A stretch of DNA of 64,000 nt from Anaeromyxobacter sp. (GCA_049840735.1 JASGJN010000026.1:64001-128000), one strand, 5' to 3'; shown: positions 35,636-46,527, counted from the stretch's first letter. Notes: generated by a model not told the origin, from the letters alone. Made by a program: numbers and translations.

Positions 35636-35728
35636 GCGACGGACCTTGTACCACGCTCGCGGTTCTCGCCCATGGGGGCTACGTCGCCACTTTGCCGTGA
35701 GGTGAGAACCCAGTAACCTCGGTGATCC

Positions 35729-37558
35729 ATGGTTCCAGGGTCGAAGGTCAACTCCGGGGGCGGCGAGCCCTGCCCTCGGTGCGGCGCAGCGCCCGTCCCC
35801 GGCGCCAGCACCAACTTCTGCCCTGGCTGCGGCCTGGACCTCCGGCCGTCCGGGCGTGCGGGCCCTCCCTCGCTGCTGGGGCTGATCGTGGCCGATCGGT
35901 ACCGCCTCATCGGCCCGCTGGGCGAGGGCGGCATGGGCTCGGTCTACAAGGCCGAGCACATCCGCATGGGCAAGGCCCTGGCGGTGAAGATCCTGCGCGG
36001 CGACTTCGCCCGGGATCCCCAGGCGGTGGCGCGGTTCCGGGCCGAGGCGCAGCTGGTGTCTCGCCTCTCACATCCGCACACCATCGCCGTCTTCGACTTC
36101 GGCGAGATCGAGCGGCTGGGCGGCTTCTACCTGGCCATGGAGTACGTCCCGGGCCGGGACCTCGCCCACGCGCTCCGCTACGACGGCCCCTTCCACGAGA
36201 GCCGCGCCGCCCACCTGGCCGTCCAGGTGCTGGGCTCGCTGGCCGAGGCGCACGAGGCCGGCATCGTCCACCGGGACATGAAGCCCGGGAACCTGATGCT
36301 GATGCAGACGCGGCCGGGCGAGGACTTCGTGAAGGTCCTCGACTTCGGCATCGCCAAGCTGCGCGACGACGCCGGCGCCAGCACCACCAGCGTGGGCGCC
36401 ATCGTGGGCACGCCCAACTACCTCGCCCCGGAGCAGGCCCGCGGCGACGCGCTCGACGCCCGCGCCGACCTCTACGCGCTGGGCTGCGTCCTCTACGAGC
36501 TGATCTCCGGGCGGCCGCCCTTCGTGGCGGCCAACCCGCTGGCCATCGTCAGCGCGCACCTCAACGAGAAGCCGCAGCCGCTCACCGAGCTGGTGCCGGG
36601 GGTCTCGCGCCGCTTCGCCGAGCTGGTGCACCAGGCGCTGGAGAAGGATCCGGACCGGCGCTTCGCCTCGGCGGACGCCATGCGCGACGCCATCCTGGCG
36701 CTGGGCGAGCCGACCGAGTCCCGGCCGCTGCGGCGCCCCGAGGCGGCGCGCACCGGCGAGCTGGTCATCGCCAGCCGCGAGGACTTCGAGGCCTTCGAGC
36801 GGCAGCTGGTGCGCACCCGCCGGCGGCGCCGGCTGGTGCCGATCTGGCTCACGGCCGCGCTGCTGGTGGTGGGCGCGGTGGCCTGGCGCTGGGGCGACAT
36901 CTACGCCGCGCTGGCGGAGAAGGCGCCCGGGCTGGCCGCGGTGATCCCCGGCTCGCTCCGCCCGGCCGATCACTACGACGGCGAGGAGGCCGAGCCCAAC
37001 AACGCGCCGGCCCAGGCCAACCCGCTGCCCATCCCGCGCGGCCACGACGCCCGGCTGGCCGGGGGCGTGGCCCGCATCCGCGGCACGGTGGGCGCGCGGC
37101 TGGAACCCGACGCGGGCGACGTGGACGTCTTCAGGATCGTCGTGCCGGAGGCCGCCGGCGAGCGGATCCTGCTGGCCGACTGGTACTCCGACGCGATCCC
37201 GGGCCAGGGCATCCGCGGGCTGCGGGTGGTGCTGACGCTGCACAGCCCGGAGGCCACCCGGGCCGCCGGGACCGAGGCCATGGCCGCGCCGGTGATCGCG
37301 GCCTCCTCCGGCGCCGGCGTGGGCCTGCCGCAGCGGCTCCGCGCGCTGATCGAGCCGGGCACCTACTACCTCGCCGTGCGCGAGCAGCACGACCCGGCCA
37401 CCGGCGCGGTGGAGAAGCCGAGCGACCGGTATGTCGTGGCGGTGCGGCTGCTGCCGCCGGAGTACGACGCGCCGGCCACGCCGCTGCCACCGCTGCCCGC
37501 CCCGGAGCCGGTCCGTCCGGCGGCCAAGGGCGCGCCCAAGACGGCGAAGGGGCCGTAG
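35729..37558 (+). CDS. Ser/Thr protein kinase with N-terminal zinc ribbon, transmembrane segment and extracellular domain
   Basis: CPRC..CPGC; GEGGMGSVY, HRDMKPGN, DFGIAK, GTPNYLAPE; C-terminal EAEPNN motif. Confidence 0.92.
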   Translation: MVPGSKVNSGGGEPCPRCGAAPVPGASTNFCPGCGLDLRPSGRAGPPSLLGLIVADRYRLIGPLGEGGMGSVYKAEHIRMGKALAVKILRGDFARDPQAVARFRAEAQLVSRLSHPHTIAVFDFGEIERLGGFYLAMEYVPGRDLAHALRYDGPFHESRAAHLAVQVLGSLAEAHEAGIVHRDMKPGNLMLMQTRPGEDFVKVLDFGIAKLRDDAGASTTSVGAIVGTPNYLAPEQARGDALDARADLYALGCVLYELISGRPPFVAANPLAIVSAHLNEKPQPLTELVPGVSRRFAELVHQALEKDPDRRFASADAMRDAILALGEPTESRPLRRPEAARTGELVIASREDFEAFERQLVRTRRRRRLVPIWLTAALLVVGAVAWRWGDIYAALAEKAPGLAAVIPGSLRPADHYDGEEAEPNNAPAQANPLPIPRGHDARLAGGVARIRGTVGARLEPDAGDVDVFRIVVPEAAGERILLADWYSDAIPGQGIRGLRVVLTLHSPEATRAAGTEAMAAPVIAASSGAGVGLPQRLRALIEPGTYYLAVREQHDPATGAVEKPSDRYVVAVRLLPPEYDAPATPLPPLPAPEPVRPAAKGAPKTAKGP

Positions 37559-38019
37559 GCGCGCCACGGTCCGGCGGCGCCCTTCGACTCCGCCGCGGCT
37601 TCGCGGCGGCTACGCTCAGGGCGAACGGTGGTCCACTCCGTTCGGGCTGAGGGTGGCGTGCCCGGGCGACCGTAGGCGCGCACAGTCCGGCGGCGGCCCT
37701 TCGACTCCGCCGCGGCTTCGCCGCGGCTACGCTCAGGGCGAACGGTGCTCCTCCGTTCGGGCTGAGGGTGGCGAGCCCGAGAGGCCTTAGGCGCGGGCGG
37801 TCCAGCGGCGCCCTTCGACTCCGCCGCGGCTTCGCCGCGGCTACGCTCAGGGCGAACGGTGGTCCTCCGTTCGGGCTGAGAGTGGCGAGCCCGGGCGACC
37901 GTAGGCGCGCACAGTCCGGCGGCGGCCCTTCGACTCCGCCGCGGCTACGCTCAGGGCGAACGTGTTCCTCCGTTCGGGCTGAGCGTAGCGAGCCCGCAGG
38001 GCTCGCGGAGTCGAAGCCC
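37554..38019. repeat. BIME-like array of four REP-based units (three of about 115 bp, the fourth shortened) ending in a complete forward REP (37970-38019)
   Basis: Units start near 37554, 37671, 37786 and 37900; each is a TAGGCGCG linker, a reverse REP and a forward REP start. Confidence 0.9.
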
Positions 38020-38040
38020 AGGTCCCGAGCGAGCGCCGCA

Positions 38041-38075
38041 AATACAAAGGGCCGGCGCCTCTCGGCGCCGGCCCT
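38041..38075 (-). terminator. Intrinsic terminator of the rpsF-rpsR-rplI operon
   Basis: 12-bp perfect stem AGGGCCGGCGCC/GGCGCCGGCCCT with a 4-nt loop, followed by TTGTATTT on the minus strand. Confidence 0.8.
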
Positions 38076-38110
38076 CGGATGCAGTCCAGGCCCGGAGGCC
38101 CGGTCAGGCG

Positions 38111-38570
38111 CTACGCCTGGGCCTCGGCCTCAGCCTCGACCTTCACCTTGGCCTTGCCGACGACGTCGGAGTGCAGCTTCACGGGCACCTCGAAGTCACC
38201 GGTGGACTTGATGGGGTCGGCCAGGTCGATTCGACCGGCGGTCGATTTGCAGGCCGCGGGCGGCCAGCGCCTCGGCGATGTCCAGCGCGGTCACCGAGCC
38301 GTACAGCTTGTCCTGCTCGCCGACCTTGCGCTTCAGGGTGACGGGCGTGTCGGACAGCCGCTTGGCGACGGCCTGCGCGCTGGCCTTCAGCTTGGCCGCC
38401 TTGGCAGCGGCGACGGCCTTCTGGTGCTCGAGCTCGCGAACGTTCTTCGGGTTCGCGACCACGGCCAGGCCGCGGGGGAGCAGGTAGTTGCGCCCGTAGC
38501 CGGGCTTCACGTCCACCAGCTCGCCGCCCTTCCCCAGGTTCTCGATGTCTTCACGGAGGATGAGCTTCAT
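38111..38570 (-). CDS. rplI: 50S ribosomal protein L9 (apparent +1 frameshift near 38230)
   Basis: [35 protein letters not shown]; correcting GATTC (38228-38232) restores [20 protein letters not shown]. Confidence 0.93.
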
Positions 38571-38582
38571 CGCGGCGCTCCT

Positions 38583-38981
38583 TTACATCTGCCCGACGGT
38601 GTAGGGCAGGATCGCGAGCATCCGGCCGCGCTTGATCGCCGTGGCGACCTCGCGCTGGTGCTTCGCGCAGTTCCCGCTGATCCGGCGCGGGATGATCTTG
38701 CCGCGCTCGGTCAGGAAGTACTTCATCTGCCCCTGATCCTTGTAGTCGACCTTCAGCGTCTTGTCGGCGCAGAACCGGCAGACCTTGCGCCGGCCGAAGC
38801 CGCGCCGCCCGCCCATCTCCTCGCCGCCGCCGTCACGGTCGCCCCGGTCGCCGCGGTCGCCGCCGCCACGGCCGCCGAAGCCGCCGCCGCCGCCACCACC
38901 GCCGCCGAAGCCGCCGCCGCGCGGCCCACCGCCGCCGAAGCCGCCACCCATCTTGGAACCGCCCATGTCAGGACGTGCCAT
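38583..38981 (-). CDS. rpsR: 30S ribosomal protein S18 with a Gly/Arg-rich N-terminal extension
   Basis: [31 protein letters not shown] motifs. Confidence 0.96.
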   Translation of the reverse strand: MARPDMGGSKMGGGFGGGGPRGGGFGGGGGGGGGFGGRGGGDRGDRGDRDGGGEEMGGRRGFGRRKVCRFCADKTLKVDYKDQGQMKYFLTERGKIIPRRISGNCAKHQREVATAIKRGRMLAILPYTVGQM

Positions 38982-38984
38982 GGC

Positions 38985-39434
38985 TTACTCCACCCCCTCG
39001 GCCTGCTCGCCCTCGAAGGGCTCCTCGCCAGGCGCGAACTCGCCACGCTCCTCGCGCGGCTTGGGCTCATCCTCCACCGGCTGGATCTTCACGTCGGCCT
39101 CGACCTGGCGGGACTCGAAGTCCACGTCCTCGGCGAGCTTCACCGACTGGAACTTGGTCACGACGTCGAGCATCTTGAGGTTGCGCTCGAACTCGTGCAC
39201 CAGGCCCGGCTTGCCGACGTACAGGCAGTGCATGTAGAGGGCCTTCGCGTTCTTCGCGACGGGGAAGGCCGTCTTGCGCTTGCCCTGGTTGGTGAACCGG
39301 ATGACCTTCCCGCCCTCGCGGCTGACCACGCCGCGGAGGCGCTCCTTGATCTCCTCCACCTGATCCTCGGGCGTCTCCGCCTTGAGCAGGTAGATGGTCT
39401 CGTACTCGCGTACGAGGTTCTTCGCTTCAGCCAT
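38985..39434 (-). CDS. rpsF: 30S ribosomal protein S6
   Basis: REYETIYLL, GKRKTAFPV, acidic tail; position upstream of rpsR. Confidence 0.93.
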   Translation of the reverse strand: MAEAKNLVREYETIYLLKAETPEDQVEEIKERLRGVVSREGGKVIRFTNQGKRKTAFPVAKNAKALYMHCLYVGKPGLVHEFERNLKMLDVVTKFQSVKLAEDVDFESRQVEADVKIQPVEDEPKPREERGEFAPGEEPFEGEQAEGVE

Positions 39435-39438
39435 GTCG

Positions 39439-39481
39439 CTCCCCTCGGGTTTCGTAGCGGCGGTTCACCCGCCGCGAGGAG
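39439..39481 (-). promoter_or_regulatory. Candidate S6:S18 autoregulatory mRNA leader
   Basis: Minus strand CTCCTC-GCGGCGG-gtgaa-CCGCCGC-tacgaaa-CCC-GAGGGGAG: hairpin with a CCC/CCG bulge and the Shine-Dalgarno paired in the basal stem, just before the rpsF ATG. Confidence 0.5.
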
Positions 39482-39517
39482 TCGTCACCGCCTGCCGGCA
39501 CCATGCCGGCGGGTCGG

Positions 39518-40105
39518 CTACTGCACGGTGTCCCCGGCGCGCGGGCGCCGGTTCACCTGGTTCATCGCCCTGGAGGCCCCCAGCTCGACGACGAGCCGGA
39601 CCGCCTCCGTGGCGCGCTCGACGCAGAGCTCCAGCTCGGCGTCGTCTGCCTTCGAGAACTTCCCGAGCACGTAGTCCGCCGGGTCCATCCGCGGCGGCGG
39701 CCGGCCCACGCCGATCCGCACCCGCGCATACTCCGGTCCGCCCACGTGCGCCTGGACGCTCTTCAAGCCGTTGTGGCCGCTGTGGCCGCCGCCGACCTTC
39801 AGCTGGATCCGGAACGGCTCCAGCTCGAGGTCGTCGTGGACCACCACCAGGTCCTCCAGCCCCACCTTCCAGAACCGCAGGGCGGCGCCGACGGCCTCGC
39901 CCGAGTGGTTCATGTACGTCTGGGGCTTCATGACCCAGACGCGCTCTGGCCCGAGGCGGGCCTCGGCCAGCTCCGCACCGAACTTGCCGGTGGCGAAGCT
40001 GGAGCGGGCGAGGGAGACGAGCCGGTCGGCGACCATGAAGCCGACGTTGTGGCGCGTCTTCGCGTACTCCTCGCCCGGGTTTCCGAGGCCGACCACGAGC
40101 TTCAA
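39518..40105 (-). CDS. pth: Peptidyl-tRNA hydrolase
   Basis: [31 protein letters not shown] and GHNGLKS motifs. Confidence 0.97.
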   Translation of the reverse strand: MKLVVGLGNPGEEYAKTRHNVGFMVADRLVSLARSSFATGKFGAELAEARLGPERVWVMKPQTYMNHSGEAVGAALRFWKVGLEDLVVVHDDLELEPFRIQLKVGGGHSGHNGLKSVQAHVGGPEYARVRIGVGRPPPRMDPADYVLGKFSKADDAELELCVERATEAVRLVVELGASRAMNQVNRRPRAGDTVQ

Positions 40106-40114
40106 GCGGCGGCC

Positions 40115-40834
40115 TTACTTCTTGCCCTTGTCGCCACCCTTGGCGTCGCCGGCCTTGGCAGCGCCAGCGGCGGGAGCGGCAGCGCCCGCGGCCGGGGCCG
40201 CACCACCGGCGGCCGGAGCCGCGGCGGCACCCTCGGCAGGCGCGCCCGCGACGGCGGCCACCGGAGCGACCACCTCTTCCTTCTCGGGCACGGCGACGAA
40301 GGCGACCACGTAGTCGGCGACGTACTTGAACTTCACGCCCTCGGGCGCCTTCACCTCGCTGATGTGCAGCGAGTGGCCGATCTTGATGTTGGTGACGTCC
40401 ACCTCGATGACGGCCGGGATCTTGCCCGGGAGCGCCTCGACGGCGATGTCGTGCGCCGAGATCGAGAGGATGCCGCCCTCGGCGGTGCCGACGGCCTTGC
40501 CGGTGATGGAGACCGGGACGTTCACCTTCACCGGCTGGTCCATGCGGACCTCGAGGAAGTCCGCGTGCAGCAGCTTGCGGCTGACGGGATCGACCTCGTA
40601 CTCCTTGAACAGGACCGGCTTCTCGGTCCCGTCCACGCTCAGCTTGAGGAGCGTGTTGAACTTGTGCGGCGTCTCGATCGCCTTCAGCAGCTTGGCGGGG
40701 TCGACGGCGACGTGGGTGGGCTCGGTCTTGCCGCCGTACACGACGGCGGGGATGAGCCCCTTGGAACGGAGCCGGCGCGCGGGGCCCTTGCCCTTGCCCT
40801 CACGCTTCTCGGCGGAAAGAACGATCTCGGCCAT
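40115..40834 (-). CDS. rplY: 50S ribosomal protein L25 / general stress protein Ctc
   Basis: GKGPARRLR..GLIPAVVYG, LLHADF, C-terminal Ctc domain. Confidence 0.95.
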   Translation of the reverse strand: MAEIVLSAEKREGKGKGPARRLRSKGLIPAVVYGGKTEPTHVAVDPAKLLKAIETPHKFNTLLKLSVDGTEKPVLFKEYEVDPVSRKLLHADFLEVRMDQPVKVNVPVSITGKAVGTAEGGILSISAHDIAVEALPGKIPAVIEVDVTNIKIGHSLHISEVKAPEGVKFKYVADYVVAFVAVPEKEEVVAPVAAVAGAPAEGAAAAPAAGGAAPAAGAAAPAAGAAKAGDAKGGDKGKK

Positions 40835-41058
40835 CTCATCCTCCCAGTGGACTCGCCGCTCTCTCGGAGCGTGCGAGGGGCCGTCGCGGAAAAGCGCTCG
40901 GGCCCTGGGTGTCTCGTCGGGGACCCCGCCAGAACACCTCGGGCGGGACCACAGGAACGCGCGTGATTACTTGAATTCCCGCAGGGCGTCAAGCCGTTCC
41001 AGCCGGCTTGGCGGGCCTTCCCGGGCGATCGGCCACAGGATCAGGGCTGGAGGCGCAC

Positions 41059-41244
41059 ATGCCCGACCTGACCCGCCCGGACGTCCCCTTCGACGATCAG
41101 GACCCTGACCAGCGCAAGGTGGTGGAGGATCAGGAGTCCTTCCCGGATCGTCCCCCGATCAGGGAGGGATCCCCCCTGGTCGATCCCGACCGGGCGCCTG
41201 GCAGCCCGGAGGGTGTACCGCCGGGGCCGGGATCGCCGCGGTAG
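41059..41244 (+). CDS. Small acidic Pro-rich hypothetical protein (61 aa)
   Basis: GGAGG 5 nt before the ATG; host-like codon usage; fills the rplY-prs gap on the opposite strand. Confidence 0.5.
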   Translation: MPDLTRPDVPFDDQDPDQRKVVEDQESFPDRPPIREGSPLVDPDRAPGSPEGVPPGPGSPR

Positions 41245-41255
41245 CGGTCCCGTTC

Positions 41256-41400
41256 ATCCTTCGACTTCGGGCCCGGCATCGAGCGCAAGCGGGCCGAGAC
41301 CGGGCCCTACCCCAGGACGAACGGGTGGTAACCGGACGCCCTGAGTGCCCCCGTTCGCCCTGAGCGTAGCCGCGGCAAGGCCGCGGCGGAGTCGAAGGGC
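41256..41400. repeat. REP pair: degenerate reverse copy 41256-41324 and forward GCCCT/AGGGC copy 41351-41400
   Basis: Consensus matches; the forward copy is the reverse complement of 30228-30277. Confidence 0.85.
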
Positions 41401-41439
41401 AGGAGTCGAACGGGCAGGCCGAACGGCCCCTGCTCGCCA

Positions 41440-42405
41440 CTACACGAACAGCGAGCTGAGCGAGTCGGCCGAGTGGATGCGCCGCACGGCCTCGGCCAGC
41501 AGGGCCGCCACGGGCAGCGGCGTGATCTTGGGGCAGGCGGCCACGGTCGGCGTCGGGGCGATGGTGTTGGTGATCACCACCTCCTCGATCGGGCTCTTCA
41601 TGATCCGCTCGACGGCCGGGCCGGAGAGCACGCCGTGGGTGGCGTACGCGTAGACCTTGAGCGCGCCCTTGTCCATCAGCGCGTTGGCGGCCTGCGTGAG
41701 CGTCCCGGCGGTGTCGATCATGTCGTCCAGCAGGACGGCGATCTTGCCCTGGACCTCGCCGATCACGTTCATGATCTCGGCCACGTTGGGCTTGGTGCGC
41801 CGCTTGTCCACGATGCCGAGGGTGGCGCCGATGCGCTTGGAGTAGGCGCGGGCGCGCTCCACGCCGCCGGCGTCCGGCGAGACCACCACCACGTTCTGCG
41901 CGTCGCCGTCGAAGCGGCGGCGCATGTGCTCGAGCAGCACCGGCGCGGCGTAGAGGTGATCGAAGGGGATGTTGAAGAAGCCCTGGATCTGCCCGGCGTG
42001 CATGTCCATCGACACGACGCGGGTGGCGCCGGCGGCCTCCAGCAGGTCGGCCACCAGCTTGGCGGTGATGGGCACGCGGGGCGCGCTCTTCCGGTCCTGG
42101 CGGGCGTAGCCGTAGTAGGGCAGCACGGCGTTGATGGAGCCGGCCGACGCGCGCTTGAGCGCGTCGATCATGATCAGCAGCTCCATCAGGTTGACGTTGG
42201 CGTCGGGCGAGGTGGACTGGATGACGAACGTGTCCATCCCGCGGACGTTCTCGCCGATCTCGACCTGGATCTCGCCGTCGGAGAAGCGGCCGACCGTGGA
42301 GCGGGCCAGCGGGCGGCCCAGATCCGCGCAGATGGCCTCGGCCAACGCCCGGTTGGAGTTGCCAGAAAAGACCTTGTACTCCGGCCGGCCGCCGTTGAGT
42401 TCCAT
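41440..42405 (-). CDS. prs: Ribose-phosphate pyrophosphokinase
   Basis: [38 protein letters not shown] and DDMIDTAGT motifs. Confidence 0.97.
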   Translation of the reverse strand: MELNGGRPEYKVFSGNSNRALAEAICADLGRPLARSTVGRFSDGEIQVEIGENVRGMDTFVIQSTSPDANVNLMELLIMIDALKRASAGSINAVLPYYGYARQDRKSAPRVPITAKLVADLLEAAGATRVVSMDMHAGQIQGFFNIPFDHLYAAPVLLEHMRRRFDGDAQNVVVVSPDAGGVERARAYSKRIGATLGIVDKRRTKPNVAEIMNVIGEVQGKIAVLLDDMIDTAGTLTQAANALMDKGALKVYAYATHGVLSGPAVERIMKSPIEEVVITNTIAPTPTVAACPKITPLPVAALLAEAVRRIHSADSLSSLFV

Positions 42406-42525
42406 CGCGCCCTCCGCTGGTGTCTTCGACTCGCGCCGGCGCCGCCAGCCGCCGCGAGGGCGCCCTTATACCGGACAGGTCCGACTGCGTCGACCTGCGT
42501 CGGAAAACCGCTCGGATCAGCGGAC

Positions 42526-42831
42526 TTAGTCGTCCGCCAGGTGCGCGTCGGTCCCGGTGGGCCTGGGGGAAGGGCCCTTCTTCACCTCCCGGTCGTACTC
42601 GGCCAGGATGGTCTTCTCCATGCGCTCCCGCGTCTCGGAGTTGAGCGGGTGGGCGATGTCCTTGAACGTCCCGTCCTTCCGCCGCTTCGCCGGCATGGCG
42701 ATGAAGAGGCCGCTGTTGCCGTGGATCACCTTCAGGTCCCGGATCACGAAGCAGTGGTCCAGGGTGATGGTGACGTAGGCCTTCAGCTTCTCCTCGCTGA
42801 CCGGGAAGACGCGGACCTCGGTGATCTCCAT
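42526..42831 (-). CDS. spoVG: SpoVG-family nucleic-acid-binding protein
   Basis: MEITEVRVFPV..KLKAYVTITLD..FVIRDLKVI..GLFIAMP..FKDIAHP. Confidence 0.93.
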   Translation of the reverse strand: MEITEVRVFPVSEEKLKAYVTITLDHCFVIRDLKVIHGNSGLFIAMPAKRRKDGTFKDIAHPLNSETRERMEKTILAEYDREVKKGPSPRPTGTDAHLADD

Positions 42832-43697
42832 GGTGTCGCCCTCGGTTGCCGTCGCACCGTCCGCACGAGGAAGACCTGCAGCCCGTCCTTCCTCCTCGAA
42901 GCGATCGCCTTCGCGGCCTCACGCGCTGGCTTCCGGCCCGGAAAGACGCCGAAAACAGTGGGGCCACTGCCCGACATTATAGCCGCCGTCGCCCCCGCAC
43001 CCACCAGCCGCCCCAAGAGCGGCGAGAGCTCCGGACGATGGGTCAGGCAGGCCTCCTGGAGATCGTTCCCCAGCAGGGTCGGCCGGAAGCGCGCCGGGCG
43101 CCTGGGCTGCTTGACGGTCCGTCCCTGGCGCGCCGCGTCGAGCCACCCGTAGGCCTCGCCGGCGCGGATCGCGAGCGCCGGGTCGCGCGGGTAGACCAGC
43201 ACCAGGTCGAGCGGCGGGACGACGGCCGGGCGGAGCTTCTCCCCTCTTCCGGTCGCCCAGGCCGGCCCGGGACCGAGGAAGAACGGCACGTCCGAGCCGA
43301 CCTCCAGCGCCAGCCTTGCCAGCGCGGCCCGATCGCGGACGCGGAAGGCGCGGGCCAGGCAGCGCAGCACCGCCGCCGCGTCGGAGGAGCCGCCGCCCAG
43401 CCCGGCGGTGACGGGCGTCTGCTTCCGGATCCGGATGGCGATCGAGCGGTCGATCCCGAACCGCTCGCGGAACAGCTGGGCGGCGCGCGCGGCCAGGTTG
43501 CCGTCGCCGTCCAACTCCGGGCGGCCGGGCACCCGGCAGGTGACCGGGCCGGCGCGGGCGCCGACGCGGACGTCCACCTCGTCGCCGAGGTCGAGCGGGA
43601 CCATCAGGGTGAGCAGGTCGTGGTAGCCGTCGGCGCGCGCCGGGCCGACGCGCAGCACCAGGTTCACCTTGGCGGGGGCCAGCGTATGGAGGTGCAC
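42783..43697 (-). CDS. ispE: 4-diphosphocytidyl-2-C-methyl-D-erythritol kinase
   Basis: APAKVNL, DGYHDL, PVTAGLGGGSSDAA, GSDVPFF and MSGSGPT motifs. Confidence 0.94.
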   Translation of the reverse strand: MHLHTLAPAKVNLVLRVGPARADGYHDLLTLMVPLDLGDEVDVRVGARAGPVTCRVPGRPELDGDGNLAARAAQLFRERFGIDRSIAIRIRKQTPVTAGLGGGSSDAAAVLRCLARAFRVRDRAALARLALEVGSDVPFFLGPGPAWATGRGEKLRPAVVPPLDLVLVYPRDPALAIRAGEAYGWLDAARQGRTVKQPRRPARFRPTLLGNDLQEACLTHRPELSPLLGRLVGAGATAAIMSGSGPTVFGVFPGRKPAREAAKAIASRRKDGLQVFLVRTVRRQPRATPWRSPRSASSRSARRS

Positions 43698-43835
43698 GGC
43701 CGACCTCTACCACACCCGCCCAGCGGCCCCGACCTCCGCATGTCACGTCCTGACGCCTCGCGTCTCCTTTCCGGTTGCGAGCCGGCCACACCTGCGTAGG
43801 CTCCGCGCCGCATCTCTCCAGGGAGGAACGACACC

Positions 43836-44249
43836 ATGAAGCGCATCACGCTGTTCGCGTTCGTCGTCGCCGCCGCGGTGACCGCCGCCGGCTGCAGCAC
43901 CGAGGCCGCCTTCGGCCCGCCGGCCACCATGAAGCTCTCCGCGCCGCCGGCCCCGACGCTCGCCGCCAAGACGTCGGCCGACGCCGTGGTCCGCACGGGC
44001 CCGCACGACTCGGCCAAGCAGGTCGCCACGCTGCCCGCCGGCGCCGCCCTGCAGGCCTCCGCCGAGGTCTCCCGCGGCTACCGCCGGGTGAAGACGGCCG
44101 AAGGCCAGACCGGCTACGTGCTGGCCAGCGCGCTGACCGTCAGCGAGGCGGCGGCTCCGGCCGCTGCGCCCGCGGCAGCGCCCGCTCCGGCGGCCCCGGC
44201 CACCGAGCCGGCCCCGGCGCCTGCGCCTGCGCCGGCGACCGCGCAGTAG
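43836..44249 (+). CDS. SH3-like domain lipoprotein with Ala/Pro tail
   Basis: GGAGG upstream; lipobox TAAGC; VRTGP...GYRRVKTAEGQTGYV SH3b-like pattern. Confidence 0.75.
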   Translation: MKRITLFAFVVAAAVTAAGCSTEAAFGPPATMKLSAPPAPTLAAKTSADAVVRTGPHDSAKQVATLPAGAALQASAEVSRGYRRVKTAEGQTGYVLASALTVSEAAAPAAAPAAAPAPAAPATEPAPAPAPAPATAQ

Positions 44250-44437
44250 GCTCGCAGCCCAGGGAACATGGACGGGCGCGGGGACCTCGGGTCTCCGCGC
44301 CCGCTCCAGCTTCAGAGGCTGGCCAGCCAGGCCCTGGCTGCGCGCGCGTCCGCGAACTCCGGGGTGACCTCGCCCGGCCAGGTCCCGCGAAATTTGGACA
44401 GGGTGTTCCAGCGCGCAAACGATTAGACTGCCGCCCC

Positions 44438-45253
44438 GTGCGCGACCGAAGCTACGACCACGTGCCCTACCGGATGAGCGAGATCGAGCACCGGTACGGC
44501 GACAACGTCCACATCATCGCCAACCCCTTCCTCCTCGGGCAGCTGGCCACGCTCTGCTCGAAGGAGACGCGGCAGCCGGAGATCAACCGGCTGGTGCGCC
44601 TCCTCTACGAGGACCTCATCCGCACGGTGCTGAACGTCGAGTTCCCGCGCCGGCGCGTGGCGGTGCCCACCCGCATGATCGACACCTCGCCCCAGGCCAT
44701 CTTCGAGGGCGAGGTGATCGACCGGCACGTGCGCGCCGTCACCGTCAACATCGCCCGGGCCGGCGCCGTCCCGTCGCAGCTCACCTACGACCTGCTCAAC
44801 GAGACGCTCGACCCGTCGCTGGTCCGCCAGGACCACATCATCATGAGCCGCATGCTGGGCGACCACGAGGAGGTGGTCGGCGCCGGCATCGGCGGCATGA
44901 AGATCGGCGGCGACGTGGACGAGGCCTTCCTGCTCTTCCCCGACCCGATGGGCGCCACCGGCTCGTCGCTGGCCACCGCCATCGAGACCTACAAGAAGAA
45001 GGTCCCGGGCAAGCCGCGGCGGATCGTGAACCTCCACCTGATCGTCACGCCCGAGTACCTGCGCACCATGACCAAGGCGCACCCGGACGTCGCGATCTAC
45101 GCCATCCGCCTCGACCGCGGCCTCTCCTCGCCGGAGGTGCTCGCCACCATCCCCGGCACCCGCTGGGACGAGGAGCGCGGCCTGGACGACCACCAGTACA
45201 TCGTCCCGGGCGGCGGCGGCTTCGGCGAGATCATGAACAACGCCTATGTCTAG
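44438..45253 (+). CDS. upp: Uracil phosphoribosyltransferase
   Basis: [16 protein letters not shown] and [10 protein letters not shown] phosphoribosyltransferase motifs. Confidence 0.82.
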   Translation: MRDRSYDHVPYRMSEIEHRYGDNVHIIANPFLLGQLATLCSKETRQPEINRLVRLLYEDLIRTVLNVEFPRRRVAVPTRMIDTSPQAIFEGEVIDRHVRAVTVNIARAGAVPSQLTYDLLNETLDPSLVRQDHIIMSRMLGDHEEVVGAGIGGMKIGGDVDEAFLLFPDPMGATGSSLATAIETYKKKVPGKPRRIVNLHLIVTPEYLRTMTKAHPDVAIYAIRLDRGLSSPEVLATIPGTRWDEERGLDDHQYIVPGGGGFGEIMNNAYV

Positions 45254-45771
45254 CGCCGCGCCCATCGACGTCCTCATCTCCGAGGCCGACCTCCGCTCCC
45301 GCGTGGCGGAGCTCGGCGCCCAGAATCACCCGCGACTACCAGGGGCGCTCCCTGGTGGTCATCGGCGTGCTCAAGGGAAGCTTCATCTTCCTGGCCGACC
45401 TGGTCCGGGCCATCGACCTGCCGCTCTCGGTGGACTTCATCGGCATCAGCTCCTACCAGGGCACCCGGTCCACCGGCGTGGTCCAGATCACCAGCGACCT
45501 GACGCGGCCCATCGAGGGCAAGGACGTGCTGCTGGTCGAGGACATCGTCGACACCGGCCTGACCATGAAGTACCTGCTGGAGAACCTGGCCACGCGGCTG
45601 CCCACCAGCGTGAAGATCGCGGCGCTGCTGGAGAAGCCGGCGCGCGCGCAGGTGAAGATCCCCATCGACTACCGGGGGTTCGTGATCGGCGACGAGTTCG
45701 TGGTGGGTTACGGGCTCGACTGGGACGGCAAGATGCGCAACCTGCCGTTCATCGGGGTGCCGAGGAGCTGA
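45246..45771 (+). CDS. hpt: Hypoxanthine phosphoribosyltransferase (apparent +1 frameshift near 45324)
   Basis: [30 protein letters not shown]; correcting GAATC (45323-45327) gives AQITRDY. Confidence 0.93.
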
Positions 45772-45812
45772 CCGGGACCCCGCCCTCGCGGGCGACCGGC
45801 ACGGAGCGCGAC

Positions 45813-46527
45813 ATGGCTGACGGACGGGTCTCGGGTTCGGCGGGGAAGACGCTCCTCGTCTGGTTGGCCATCCTGGGCCTGCTGGCCGCGGTGGGCTGGC
45901 TGGCCTCCGAGCGGAACGCGCGCACCTGGTACCTGGTCCCGGAGGACGGGCGGCTGGTGGTGAAGCGCGGGTTGATGCTGCCCGCGGGCCGGGGCGACTT
46001 CGAGACGGCCAACCCGGACCTGGCCAAGGCCTACGCCCCGCTGGTCCCGCCCTCGGCGGGCAGGCTGCCGGCCGCCGAGCGCACCTTCTCCGACCAGGCC
46101 GACCTGGATCAGGGGCTGTACGACACCCTCGCCGGATGGGCGCGGGAGGACGTGGCCACCGGCGAGCAGGCCCGGCTGGACCGCGGGCTGGGCTACATCG
46201 GCCGCGCCCTGCTGCTGCCCGGCCTCTCCACCGCGCAGCGCGATCGATCTCGCCGCCCTGCAGGCCGAGTCGGGCTACTACGAGGCCCGCCGGCTGCTCG
46301 AGTCGGCCAGGCTGCTGCTGGCGCAGGCCTCGGAGAAGCTGCGGGCGACCGCCAACATGCCCGCCTCCCCGCACGCCCTGGACGCCCAGCTCCTGCTCAA
46401 GGAGCTGGGGCCGGCCCTGGACTCCGCCAGCGCCGCTGCCCGGGCGGCCGCCCAGTCGGCCAGGGAGGACGCTGCCCGGGCGAGCCAGGTGGAGGCGGCG
46501 CCGGCGCCGGCGCCGGCGACGAGGTAG
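45813..46527 (+). CDS. Membrane-anchored hypothetical protein (apparent +1 frameshift near 46245)
   Basis: N-terminal transmembrane segment; host-like codon usage continues in the +1 frame after GATCGATC to TAG 46525-46527. Confidence 0.7.

Noticed and set aside
38111..38570. rplI, hpt and other split genes as true pseudogenes or programmed frameshifts
   Set aside because: Single-base changes at recurring motifs with no other decay and no slippery sites; sequencing error is more likely.
42406..42525. tRNA upstream of prs, a common location
   Set aside because: No cloverleaf, T-loop or CCA end recognisable; no tRNA or rRNA seen elsewhere in the window.
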